Numbered from the whole stretch's first letter, positions 12,487-23,912 are shown. The stretch: DNA of 61,870 nt, filler included, from Dimargaris cristalligena (GCA_003614675.1; 21 parts of 21 records of this genome joined end to end with filler, not necessarily neighbours in it); one strand, 5' to 3'. Translations and numbers: made by a program. The notes: generated by a model from the letters alone, not told the origin.

Positions 12487-13128
12487 ATGACCGCCGAACT
12501 CGACTGCTCCGCCTGCAGTGGGTGTGGTCCACGAAATCCCAGCAGCGACTTCAGCCAGTCTAGCCAATTGGTGGCTGCCGTCGATGTCTTGCTCGCTGAA
12601 GGAGACAGGGTCTATGTTAATGGGCAACAGGAGTGGCCCTCCTTACCCGTCACAGCGGCGAATCAGACGACGCTCGGCAATGAGCACCACCTAGCCACGC
12701 CGGTCCATGCTTGGGTGGACGAGATTTGCCAGAAACTGGCCGACGCTCATTACAGTAGCTACATGGCCCTCACCCAGCTGGCTCATGCCGTCATGAAGCA
12801 ACCTGGCAGCGCCATCACGGCTAGTGATCCGTCTGAGGTGAATCCATCGGGCTGGCCTGCTTTTCGGCTCCTCATTAAACAGTGCACTCGCCTTCGGCTG
12901 ACGGGTCCCCTTTTGGCGTGGGCCATGGACTACGTGAAGTACGATCCCGACCGGTTCATTGAGTTGGTTACCCAATGCGACCCGACCATGGTGGAGCACG
13001 TCAATGGCCAGGCCGAATTATATGAGCTGGTCAACGGTTTACCACTGGGGCAGTGTGGCCGTATCCGCCCTCGCACCAAGCCTCCCCCGGCTAAAGACCA
13101 AGGGTTGCCGGGGACCAACGCGAAATAG
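12487..13128 (+). CDS. Hypothetical protein, 213 aa, intronless
   Basis: Complete ORF with ACCATG start and GC-rich codon usage between AT-rich flanks. N-terminal CxxCxxC. Confidence 0.8.
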   Translation: MTAELDCSACSGCGPRNPSSDFSQSSQLVAAVDVLLAEGDRVYVNGQQEWPSLPVTAANQTTLGNEHHLATPVHAWVDEICQKLADAHYSSYMALTQLAHAVMKQPGSAITASDPSEVNPSGWPAFRLLIKQCTRLRLTGPLLAWAMDYVKYDPDRFIELVTQCDPTMVEHVNGQAELYELVNGLPLGQCGRIRPRTKPPPAKDQGLPGTNAK

Positions 13129-13708
13129 GCCTTGAACACACCCGCCATCAGCAAATAGCTGTACGTTTAGTAATCACTGCACATCCCTCTGGCGTACCCT
13201 TATTGGGCCCTACTCTAGCCCAATGTTTCAATTCGGAAGGTGCGGTTTATTAAATCCAGTCTTCCCCGTAACATGGGTTCGGTGATAATTTGCAGGTAGG
13301 GAGGTGGAAATCATCGGGATTAAGAAATATAAGAATCTAGGAAACGAAGCATTAAAAAAAAAGGGCGGCCAATACTATTAATAAATGAAAGGCTTAGGGT
13401 ATTCAGACAGAGCGGCTAGCGGGAGTGTTGTATATTAGAGGGATGGGAGTGCTGAGGATGCCGGGCATTTGTCGAAATATTCCAGCCGTCGAAAGACAAA
13501 GGGGAAGGGAGGCATGGGGGGGGCGGTGAATTAGTTTTAGGGACCCAATTGGCACATGGCTAAAGAGGAGCGTATAACGGTCGTTAGGCATAGGTAAGCG
13601 TAATTAATGAGTGGGCGATGGGCCCAATAAAATAAAATGGGTTAGGGGGTGGTGAGGTACAGCTCGGCGGAATGCCCCAAGGGGCTGGGTACTACATATA
13701 AAGGGCCA

Positions 13709-14743
13709 TCAGTTCTCGCACCATAGTTCAAGACGTTCCACTACGTTGGTGTCGGGGCAGCTCATGTCCCCGCCCATGTAGCCCTTGGCCATTTCGAAGT
13801 CTTCTTGGTCCGTCATGAGGACTAATTCGTCGTCTTCGTCACGGTACTTGACTCGGATATTCTGGACCGTAGCCAACGCCATTTGGGCCCCGGGGGACGA
13901 TGGCAGGTTTGCTGACGAGGTCGGGGGGGAGAGGTAGGCCTGATTAGTACCGTAGCCGGGTTGGCCACCCTGGCTGCCGTTCCACCAGCTGGTAATTCCG
14001 GCCGCCACCCCCAACGGGCCGCCACCGGCCTGGCCATCGGACTCGGCCTGACCGAGGGAGGACGGCGAGCCCATCTCAGCCCGCCCTGGTGGTTCGGATT
14101 CGCTGGCCGCGGAAGGTCGCCGGGAGCGATCGGCCGCCTTTTGCAAGTGGGCGGCTATCTTGGCGCGGATTTTAGAAAGTAGGTCATCATAGGAGATGCG
14201 AGCATCCACCAATAATTTGATAATATCGTTGTGGTAATGAATCTTGACGGCGGTTTTGCCCTTGGGTACATTAAGTTTGGGGCGGGGGGCCATGTCGTAC
14301 ATGGACGCATTATCATCACCACCAAAGGCAGGCCCGGGGTGGTGCTGGCCGGCTATGGACCCATTGCGGAGCAGAGGGGCTCCCCCGGCCGACAGCGTAG
14401 GGGATGCGTTGGGCAGCTCGTGGGCCGGATAGGCGCCGGCGTGGTTCCCGCCCGGGTGGGCCTCGCCAGCCATCGTCGGGGAGCCCAGGCTGGGTAGCGA
14501 CCGGTTGGCCAGGCTGGGGGATCGGTGCATGGGTCGGCTTGCCTGGCCCGGGGGATCATGGGAGTGTAGGCGATGCATACGGGGCGGCGGCATACCGGGG
14601 TTGCCGGCGGGATTGAAGCTTGGACGGCGGTTGATTTGGTTTAATTGGGACTCGGCCAGGTTCAAGTCGGTCATACCGTCCACGAGGGCCTGGGGAGCAC
14701 TCTGTGGTGCGTGTGGGTCCCGGGGTAAATCGGTCATGATGCG
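13709..14743 (-). CDS. C-terminal PB1-domain protein, probably Cdc24/Scd1-like Rho GEF (3' part only)
   Basis: A Pro/Ser-rich linker is followed by VKIHYHNDIIKLLVDARISYDDLLSKIRAKI...IRVKYRDEDDELVLMTDQEDFEMA (OPCA acidic motif) and ends LELWC. The DH-PH domains are not in the window. Confidence 0.75.
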   Translation of the reverse strand, partial: RIMTDLPRDPHAPQSAPQALVDGMTDLNLAESQLNQINRRPSFNPAGNPGMPPPRMHRLHSHDPPGQASRPMHRSPSLANRSLPSLGSPTMAGEAHPGGNHAGAYPAHELPNASPTLSAGGAPLLRNGSIAGQHHPGPAFGGDDNASMYDMAPRPKLNVPKGKTAVKIHYHNDIIKLLVDARISYDDLLSKIRAKIAAHLQKAADRSRRPSAASESEPPGRAEMGSPSSLGQAESDGQAGGGPLGVAAGITSWWNGSQGGQPGYGTNQAYLSPPTSSANLPSSPGAQMALATVQNIRVKYRDEDDELVLMTDQEDFEMAKGYMGGDMSCPDTNVVERLELWCEN

Positions 14744-14844
14744 NNNNNNNNNNNNNNNNNNNNNNNNNNNNNNNNNNNNNNNNNNNNTTAATTAATTAAN
14801 NNNNNNNNNNNNNNNNNNNNNNNNNNNNNNNNNNNNNNNNNNNA

Positions 14845-16047
14845 CTCTTTCTCCGTAAACCCCTCCAGCAGTTTGCCGAGTGTCTGCACCGGGAGGCAGG
14901 CCTCCGTGGACTGGTATCGGTTCCGAATCGAACGGACTGTCCGGCTGATCTGCTTCGGTCGGTTTATACCAATCTGCTGAGCCAGGCTCCCGACCACCTG
15001 CTGCGCCAATTCCTCCTCACGGGAAGTGCGTCGCCGGCCCATTGGTATGCGCGGCAGACGCGTTTCACTCAGTCGCTGGCCGCCCTCTCTATGCTGGGGT
15101 ATGTGCTGGGCTGGGGGGATCGCCACCTGGATAATATCATGCTGGCTGACGATACCGCAGCCGTGATGCACATTGACTTTAGCGTTTGCTTCGGCCAGGG
15201 CGCCCGACTCCGGGTCCCCGAAACCGTGCCCTTTCGCCTGACCCCCAATTTTGTGCGGGCCTTGGGGGCGACCGCCCTCAGCCCGGGCAGTCCTACGCCG
15301 CCAGCTATTCTACTTCCCACCTACACTGCCGTGACACTGTTGAACTCTACCCCAGGGTCCCCGGAAACCCGGCCCAAGTGGCAGTTTCAATCCTCGCTCT
15401 CTGGACTTCCCCGATCCGTAGTGGCCGTGGAATCCCCACTAGCGAATATACACCCCCATTTCCGGGTCGTCGCTGCGGAGACACTGTCCCTCCTACAAAA
15501 CCATGCCTCCGAGTGGGAGGCGCTCTTGACGCGGATGGTTTGGCACTCATACCCCGAATGGAATCCCGGGTACGATCAGGTGGGGGATGAAATTAATCAC
15601 CTCAACCACCTCTTTAACTACCCTGAGGAGAAGGGTCCGTTGGACTCTATCATTCCCGAGCCTACCTGCCGCGTCGCCGAAGCCGAAGCCTCCGCTGATC
15701 AATACCCTACCCTAGACTGGAGCGAGGAAAGTGTAGGTAGTCCGATTTTAACGTCCTGGAACGACCATAGCCTGGATCTCGACATTGCGGGGGTATCTTT
15801 GACAGCCAAGGTGCGCGCAGGTGAGGGTAGCCCTCCCGTTGATTCCTGGGGTGAAAACCGGCCACATACCGCTGACCAGCCGGCGCGCCGGCGGGCCCAG
15901 TCCATCATGGGGGCCATACACCACCGACTGTTCCCCGTCGACCCAACGGTGGCGGCTGCAACTGCCATGACCCAGGCCGACCGCGTCACCGCCCAGGCCA
16001 TTGATTTGGATAATCTAGCTCGGATGTTTGAGGGGTGGATCGCTTGG
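14845..16047 (+). CDS. SMG1: PIKK-family kinase SMG1, C-terminal kinase lobe and FATC (partial; final V-stop seen in the duplicate at 16425-16485)
   Basis: SMLGYVLGWGDRHLDN, HIDFSVCFGQGARLRVPETVPFRLT and the FATC QAIDLDNLARMFEGWIAWV* match SMG1-type motifs (DRHLDN, LRVPE-VPFR, EGWxAWV) rather than TOR, ATM or ATR. The frame is open from the contig start. Confidence 0.88.
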
Positions 16048-16147
16048 NNNNNNNNNNNNNNNNNNNNNNNNNNNNNNNNNNNNNNNNNNNNNNNNNNNNN
16101 NNNNNNNNNNNNNNNNNNNNNNNNNNNNNNNNNNNNNNNNNNNNNNN

Positions 16148-16424
16148 AACTGTTGTATTGCTCAGCGATTATCTGAACGAGTTCGGGGGGATACTCGACG
16201 GTTCCGACTGCCTGCCCCAGGGCGTGAATACAGTCAAATACGGCTAGTCGGAATTCGGGATCATCGAACCAACGCATAGTAGAAGCCAGGTCACGGCCCG
16301 CGACTTGCGCCAGTTGCCTGCCCCAGTCCAATTTACCAGGACTTTTGATACTGGAAAGACGAAATTGATTCAAGGCAGCAGTAAAGCGAATTACCAGGCG
16401 ATGCTGCAACGCCACCGGTACCGA
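16148..16424 (-). other. Inverted coding fragment beside a 100-N scaffold gap (probable chimera or misassembly)
   Basis: An open minus-strand helical-looking frame abuts an exact second copy of 15993-16047 at 16425-16479. Confidence 0.65.
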
Positions 16425-17295
16425 CCAGGCCATTGATTTGGATAATCTAGCTCGGATGTTTGAGGGGTGGATCGCTTGGGTCTAGAGGATGCCTGAAGTA
16501 TATCTATTCGGCATACTAGCCTAATCCTCCTAAATATAAATGGCTCCCTGGGGTTAATTAAATCGCTGGCTTGTAATATACTCGACAGCAGGTAACGAAT
16601 TCGTTTGGTTTCGTTAAGGACACCGATGCCGCTTAATGACTAGATGTAGACTGCTCCACCATTGGTATTGGTTCGAATGGGCTAACTAGGGAAATTAATA
16701 GGTGTTTGAGCGAAAATAAACTGACATTAATAGAAGCGATGCAGGACCCCGATAATTCATCAACCGACTCCATAATGCTGCTAACCAGTTTCCGGGGTCC
16801 AAGAGGAGGAGAAGGGCGTCTGGAATCTTATTATTGCTGTAACTTAGTTCAATCACAGCCTAAAGGTTGGCGACAGGGTAAATAGGGAGGTTTTAGCTTA
16901 ATCCCCCAGGGCCTTGCGGGCGTTCTCCTATGCCCGGCCCTCCTTAATTTGTCGTAGTAAAAGGAGAGCGCCATTTGAATGGCAGTGCAAGATCATGGTC
17001 CGATTTCCCCCCCTTTAGCTAGCCGACTGGTTCCAAAAGTGTTTGGGTGGGCTCTAGCGGCGTACTAAACCAATCGCCACCTGGAAATCCCCTTAAAGAT
17101 GCTTATTCCACCTTTGCCTCCTTCCACAGTCCGAACTTGGCATTGGTTTCCTATTTGCCATTTCTTTGGCCCGTCCGTTGGATTTCCGAAGGCCATTGCT
17201 AATTTTTTATTCAATTACGTGGAGAACTAAAAGAGCCCCAGCAATCCCTCCATTGTCTATCTCTTCTTTCCGCCTACCCTGCTCGCCTGGCTATC

Positions 17296-17716
17296 ATGGC
17301 TGACCCAGTGTCCTGGCAATCCCTGTGTACTCCCCGTGCCCCGGCCCAACGCGTTCTATTTCTATTGGATGCCCATCCCGCAGCGCTCACTAGTGTACCC
17401 ACCTCCCAGAGTCCTGTACCGGAACGGCCGGTCTGGTCGCATATTATTAGCGGCTGCCTACAGTATACCCAGCTGGTGCGATCGGTATATGGCCCTACTC
17501 GGCACCTCGTGGCATTGCGGGTCGCCGGACCCCCCGCTCCTCTCAACTGCGTCAGCGATTGGAGAGCGCCCGTGGCGCCGCTGCATCGCCTGTCCGCTAG
17601 TTTGCGTCGCATCTCGCCCCGCTCCGTGGCAACCAGCTCGATGCGCCTAATTCAGGCCCTGGAACTGGCCTTGCATTCCCTACCATCCACCCATTGCCAC
17701 CACTCCCACCTACCAT
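17296..17716 (+). CDS. Integrator subunit 13 / Asunder-like protein, N-terminal vWA-like part (3'-truncated)
   Basis: RVLFLLDAHP, PVWSHIISGCLQYTQLVRSVY, SDW...LHRLSASLRRISP and LIQALELALHSL occur in the same order as the remembered animal INTS13 blocks [31 protein letters not shown], NSW...LQELMAALAAVGP and ILHGLVAAVETL. Confidence 0.6.
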
Positions 17717-17816
17717 NNNNNNNNNNNNNNNNNNNNNNNNNNNNNNNNNNNNNNNNNNNNTTAATTAATTAANNNNNNNNNNNNNNNNNNNNNNNNNNNN
17801 NNNNNNNNNNNNNNNN

Positions 17817-20689
17817 TGTTCCCCATTCACTCCCCTTTTTACTATATGGAATAACAAATTGGTAAAATGACATACAGGTATAGAATTCTCCAAGGTTCAC
17901 TATACACTGTGTCTAGCCTGGTACTATTGCATCTTGGTTTAAATATTAAATAACAAAATCAACCCATTCTATAACTTCTTATCAATAATAGTGACATTAC
18001 CTGCTAGAGAATGAAAGTGTCTTGTAGCAAGCCTATGCACTAAGTTGGGTTCAAATAGTAGTAATTACGGTGAGGTGTATCCCTCACACCCTGCGATTTG
18101 CCTGTGCTTCTGCAATCACTGTGTTAAGACCTGCCAATTTTCTTATTCTGGTTAACACGCCAACTGCATACCAAAGGGCTTTAGGATAGTAACTTTTCTT
18201 GCATGACTTAGTTAAGCATAGCTCTTTCTATTCAACTATCTCCATTTTTAGATCCCTTTATTTGACCTTAGTTTGAAATCTCAGTAAGGAGATGGAAGCA
18301 CAATCAGCCTGTATTTGTATTCCCCCTCCCTCCTCCCCTTCAGCACCACCCAATTGTCTTGTTACATCCTTACCAAGGACTGACCACAGTCCTAATGATA
18401 CCAATGCAATACCACCCTTGTGTAATGATAACATGCCTCAAACCCACAATAACCAGGGTGTTAGATAAATAGAAGCCCCAGTCCTTGGTGAAGAATAACT
18501 CCAGTCCACCATGTCAATAACCCAACTTCTAAGGCACTCATCACCTGAAGCAGATAGGATAGGATGCTATCACGGCCCCCTATTGTCCACTGACTCTCAC
18601 CCCAAAAACTCTACTATTAATGGGAGTGACCCCATATCTAGTGAGTACTGGCAGTCATGCTTCATAAGAATTAGGACTGGCTATATAATAGGTGTTACGG
18701 CTGCTCTGTAGATGCTCTTCAGTTTATCAGCATTCCTACTACTAATATATTCCTTTATTACATCTCCTTTGCTATATTTCCCTAATAAAACGTGTATCTT
18801 ACTCACTTAATTCAACAGTCTCATCACTTGAATTTGTAATTTATTTATTTTTATTATACCACATTGTCTGATTCATTGGGCCTTATGAGCGCCTACAACA
18901 ATCTCATTGGGGGTTCCCTTAAGTTGAAAGGAAAAGGCGGGAGAGTACCAAGTAAGTTCTACCTCCATCCCAGGGTGATTTGTTTACATACATTCCAATG
19001 AAGTACCAGGGCAGTTTCTACCTCCTGCCTCAGTATTGCATTAGGCAAACTCATTTTACATTGAAACTGGAACCACACTAATCCCTCAGACTTGACATAC
19101 CCCATTGAAGTAACTCACCTAACTCTTGCATATACTAATTGTGTCCCATCTATACATCTTTATAGCCCCTTACTCCACCACTTATAGAAAAAGTAAAAAA
19201 TCCAGGAAGTTGAAAAAAGCTGACCATAGTAGTAGTTGTAGTAGTGGTAAATTGATTGCTAAGTAATATGACAAGAGCCAAGACAACAATTCCAGTCAGA
19301 TACTCACTCCCACTGAAGTATTAGTAGCCAAAACTAAGGCCAAGATTGAATCTGGGAAGGCACAGGAAAGATGGGTAAATTTGTGGATTGATTATTTGTC
19401 AGTTTGGTGGCAACTGGGGACTAGTTAGTTAGCTGGGCTCTCTCATTCTGTAGCTCTAAGAGTGTTTTTACATTTCAATATATGCTCATTCTATTTGATT
19501 TGAAAATAGCTAAGGTTATACCCCCCTTCCCTGCTCTTTCTCTCCTTGGTATATATTACTATCTAAAACTAGTTTGATGGAAACTGTGGATACTGACATA
19601 TATGGCCTTCTTTATTTGTCACCCTAGTTAACTACCCTTAGTCCATCAAGAGTCCTGAAGATAGGCTTCTAAAAGTAGGTGGGGCTTTAGACTCAGCTAA
19701 GTAGGCTACTAGCATTAGATACAGGTGTAATGCCATGATCCAGAGATCTGGGAGGGGTTAAAGATTGTTGAAATACTAAGGTCATAAAGGAAATAAAACT
19801 GGAAGTAAGGGAAGAAAGAAGCAAGAGGACAATAGGTACCTCTAGGTGGTTAGTTTTATTGAACTGTAATTTCTGTGGGGTGAAATATAAGTGGCTACCA
19901 TGAATGATCTCATGATAGCAGAATAAACTAATGTAATTGGGTAAAAATAGGATAGAATAAAGAATATGTAGGAATATATTCTTCAACAGAGATAGCCTAC
20001 CAGGTTGAGATAACTATGGTCAAGAAACAGAAGTTAGCCTAAATGCCTATTAGTTTAGGGATGTAGACTGGGAGGGCAAAGGTAATACTACTGTCTCTTG
20101 TGGAGAGATTGATTGGGGATGGCTTGAGCAAAACATATGGAAAAAGTTTAACCAGGCTGTATAATGATAAATCTATTAAATGAGGTAAAAGTCTCTATTT
20201 AAAAATGAATCTCCCACATATTTCCCCATACATCCATTATTCAAAACTTTATACAGCTGCACTGAATTCCACCTATATTATAAACTGAAGATAGAGTGAC
20301 TAGAGTATCAATATTGAAAGATATTAAATGGGTTTGTTACCCAGGTTAACCACTCTTAGTCTATTAAGAGCCCCAAGGATAGGCTTCTAATAGTAGGTGG
20401 GGCTTAGGCTTGGCTAAGCAGGCTGCTAGCATTAAGTACAGGCACCATACTAACTAATAAAGGCTATAAGTACAGGTAAATATCAGGGACATACAGCAGG
20501 CACACTTACAAGTTAATACAGGGGCAGTGAGCATATATAGGGCTTATTAGGGTAAACCAGGGGGTAAGAATAAGCTAAAGAATCTAACTGGTCCCAATGG
20601 GGCCTAGTTATATATGTATAGGGACAACTCCAGAGGGAGGTCCCGGGGGAAGGATATTACTAAGACTAGGGTAAGATAAATAAGCCCCT
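17817..20689 (-). repeat. Near-identical reverse-complement copy of 1-2874 (segmental duplicate or alternative repeat copy)
   Basis: Position here is about 20690 minus the position in piece 1. It has the same LTR A, LTR C and LTR A fragments and the same 97-aa spurious ORF. Confidence 0.95.
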
Positions 20690-20789
20690 NNNNNNNNNNN
20701 NNNNNNNNNNNNNNNNNNNNNNNNNNNNNNNNNTTAATTAATTAANNNNNNNNNNNNNNNNNNNNNNNNNNNNNNNNNNNNNNNNNNNN

Positions 20790-21247
20790 TTTATTATCTA
20801 TCTTTTCAAATAAAGTTCAGTTTTCAAGGATTTGATTTCAGTTCTTTACAACATCTATCCTTTATTAGTTAGTACTATGCCCCCATCCTAATGCTAGTAG
20901 CCCACTTGGCTGAGTCTAAACCCCACCTACTATTAGAAGTCTATCCTTGGGACTCTTGGCAGACTAAGAGTGGTTAACCTGGGTGACACTAAGACTAAAG
21001 TATCACAAAATAGGCCAACCAGATGGCCATTAGGGTCCAGAAGACTCTTCTGGTTACCATCAGAGTCTCCAGATCAGCACTTGAGTAATTAGTATGAAGA
21101 TGCAAAGTCCAGAAGGGGAAAGGTTATATGGCATAGGGTAATCCTATAGTACTGGGGGTGACCATGGGAAGGTTAATATAGTGCTATAAGGTCTAATAGG
21201 GATAGACACTAATATATCTATATTAGGGTAGATTAGATAGTCTGACA
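20790..21247. mobile_element. Nested LTR stack: family B end (20790-20850), family A 3' part (+, 20851-20988), family A 5' part (-, 20989-21247)
   Basis: Each segment ends at a precise terminus (TTTACA; GGGTGACA; GTCTGACA) and abuts the interior of the next LTR. Confidence 0.75.
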
Positions 21248-21345
21248 TCCTGCAAAGGAAACAAAAAAATTATCTACTAATTGAAGTACACACTTTCCAT
21301 TCAAAACTACCATTCATTTCCAATAAACCATTATTATCACTAGTA

Positions 21346-21765
21346 TTATTTTTGAGCCTTCAACAATTCCATTTCCTTGTTTCCTATGCCCCTATCCAAA
21401 CCTTCACCATGAGTTGCAGCACCCCCTAGACCACTTGATCTGTGTTCCTGAACATCCCAAAACCTTTTATATTGGGACCCTCCAATAAGGCATTGGAGCA
21501 GCCTGAGGTAGGTGGTGCATCTACCACACATCCTTCTCAGCCTTGCACACCATATTTAGGGCCTCCCAGCATTACATATATGTGGCAAGAGGGCTAACAT
21601 TATGTGTCTGGCATTATCTCAATGACACACTTTGCCATTTAACAGGCATCTGCATGGCTGACTGTTAAATGGACTCCCAAATGCAACTCTTTGGAACCAG
21701 ACCTCTTTATGCCAACCTATCACTCTTCAGTAGTAATGGTGTAATAGTTTATAGTGACTATCCTC
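21346..21765 (-). pseudogene. Possible decayed C-terminus (Cys/His zinc region) of a non-LTR retrotransposon ORF2
   Basis: HYKLLHHYY*...PCRCLLNGKVCH*DNARHIM...IWCARLRR is reminiscent of L1-type C-termini, with several stops. No RT core seen. Confidence 0.25.
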
Positions 21766-22813
21766 AGTATTGTGGCTGGAACTCAGTTAATGTATAACCA
21801 GAGTAGTAATGTAAACTAGGGTAGTCTAAATGTCTTTACCATTTCGACCTAAACTTTTAATTGGAAATTCCAGTACAGTCTGCAGTGTGCATGTCTAACT
21901 GGATTAGACATGAACCTGTCCTGGTCATTACTGATGTGTCCCAGTTATTTGTCTTCCAAATTGATGCCAGAACCCCAATGGTTCCATTCATTTCATGATT
22001 CTTAGCACTGTGGTAATTTTTCATCAAATCTGCTATATCTAACATCTGGTCTCCATTGCTAAGTTGCTATCATTTGCCATTCACCCTGCACTAACTGATT
22101 CAGTGTAAATAGTGTCAACATTCCCTCTCTATTAATAAATGTGTCCATTTTATATGAGGATCTCCAGCAAAATGAATTCCTGCTTTGAGTATTCTTTCTA
22201 GTGTTTTCAGAGTCACCCCCAAGATTTTACAGAGTTTCCCAAGTTATCAGAGTTCTATCCAAGTTCCTGAATTTCCCCAAGTTTTATTGGTGTTTTACTA
22301 TTATTTTGTGTATATATTTTATCATATTATATATACCTGACTTTATTGGTAGTAGGAATCCCTTCCATCCTCTGTGCCTGTGTCCCTCCTAAGCTCCCAA
22401 CAAAGACCATGTACCCCCACTACCCTACAGGCTTTATATGTATTAGTCATAGTAGTAAATGGAAGTGAAAAAAGCCAATCATGGGAGGTATGGAAGGTAA
22501 ATATAATGACTTATTGCAAAATAAATGGGGCCAGTGAATATTGAGGGATGCTAAGAAAAGAATGGAGGGGGGCAATGATATCAAAATAATAGCAAAGTTT
22601 GAAGGGGGTAGGCAACGGTGGCCTCTCAAGAAGGAGGAATTATTCTGGTTACTTATATAACCTTTTGAGGGCCCTTGGAGGTTGCCAGATTACAAGGTTG
22701 ACACAAAAAAGAACCAATAGGTATAATATAATAAACCAGAAATACTCAGAAATATATCAGACTTGTAGATGTAAGGTAATGAAAGGTGAACTTTTTAATG
22801 TAAACTGGTAGTG

Positions 22814-23201
22814 TGTTGGACTATCTAATCTACCCTAATCTGGACATATTAGCATCTATCACTATTAGGCCTTATAGCACTATATTAACTTTCCCATGGT
22901 CACCCCCAGTACTATGGGATCATTCTCTATCATATAAACTCTCCCCTTCTGGACTCCACCTCTTCACACTAATCACTGTAGTACTGATCTGAAGGCTCTT
23001 CTAGTTACTGTCAGAGTTTTCCAGACCCTAATGGCTGTCCAGTTGACCTATTTTCCCTATACCTTAGTCTTAGTAGTATCCTTCCCCCAGGACCTCCCTC
23101 TAGAGTTGTCCCTGTGTATATATAACTGGGCCCCCATTGGAACTAGTTAGATTCTTTAGCTTATTATTACCCCCTGGTTTACCCTAATAAGCCCTATATA
23201 T
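22814..23201 (+). mobile_element. LTR family A, 5' two-thirds, interrupted
   Basis: Starts TGTTGGACTATCTAATC. Shares CCCATGGTCACCCCCAGTACTATGGGAT and GGACCTCCCTCTAGAGTTGTCCC with other copies. Confidence 0.8.
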
Positions 23202-23912
23202 GGGTGAAGTTTAACCCAGCTATATAGGGTAAAATCCATATAGGTGGGTCATCATATTCAGGTCACATGACCTTTGGGGATGGACATAACCTTCCCCTGC
23301 CTATATTATCCACCCATCCATCACTACTAATATAAGCTAAGGAGATTTAGTCTATATTGTAATGGGGAGGGGGCACACCCAAAAAGGGCAGGGGCAGTGC
23401 TGATACTCAATTGAGTACCAGCATAGTTGGTGGGGTTATATTTATGCTTATAATTGTACTAACCCCATAATACAATTATAAGCACTGTCCTTTAAAGCTC
23501 TGCCCTATTTGTTTTAACTAAAAAGAAAGGGCACTAAAAGGTACCACCAAATGGTAACAAGGGAATGTCAATTGGTGAATGGGAGCCAGAGGCTTCTAAA
23601 TTTGAATGGGAGTAGCCAACTGGTAAATGGGGGATAGAGATTCCCTTTTTTGCATGGNNNNNNNNNNNNNNNNNNNNNNNNNNNNNNNNNNNNNNNNNNN
23701 NTTAATTAATTAANNNNNNNNNNNNNNNNNNNNNNNNNNNNNNNNNNNNNNNNNNNNCCTGAACTATCGAGTCTGACTTGCCCCCTTCACTATATATCTA
23801 TATATATATATAGCCTATTGTCGGATTACTAACCCGTTCCTAATTTCTTATCCACTTTGTATTGGCCCACCTCTTTTATCGGTTTCCATTATCCTCCCTT
23901 CACACCCACCAG

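Noticed and set aside
16650-16700. tRNA candidates around GGTTCGA (also near 36222)
   Set aside because: I could not form a cloverleaf or find an A-box.
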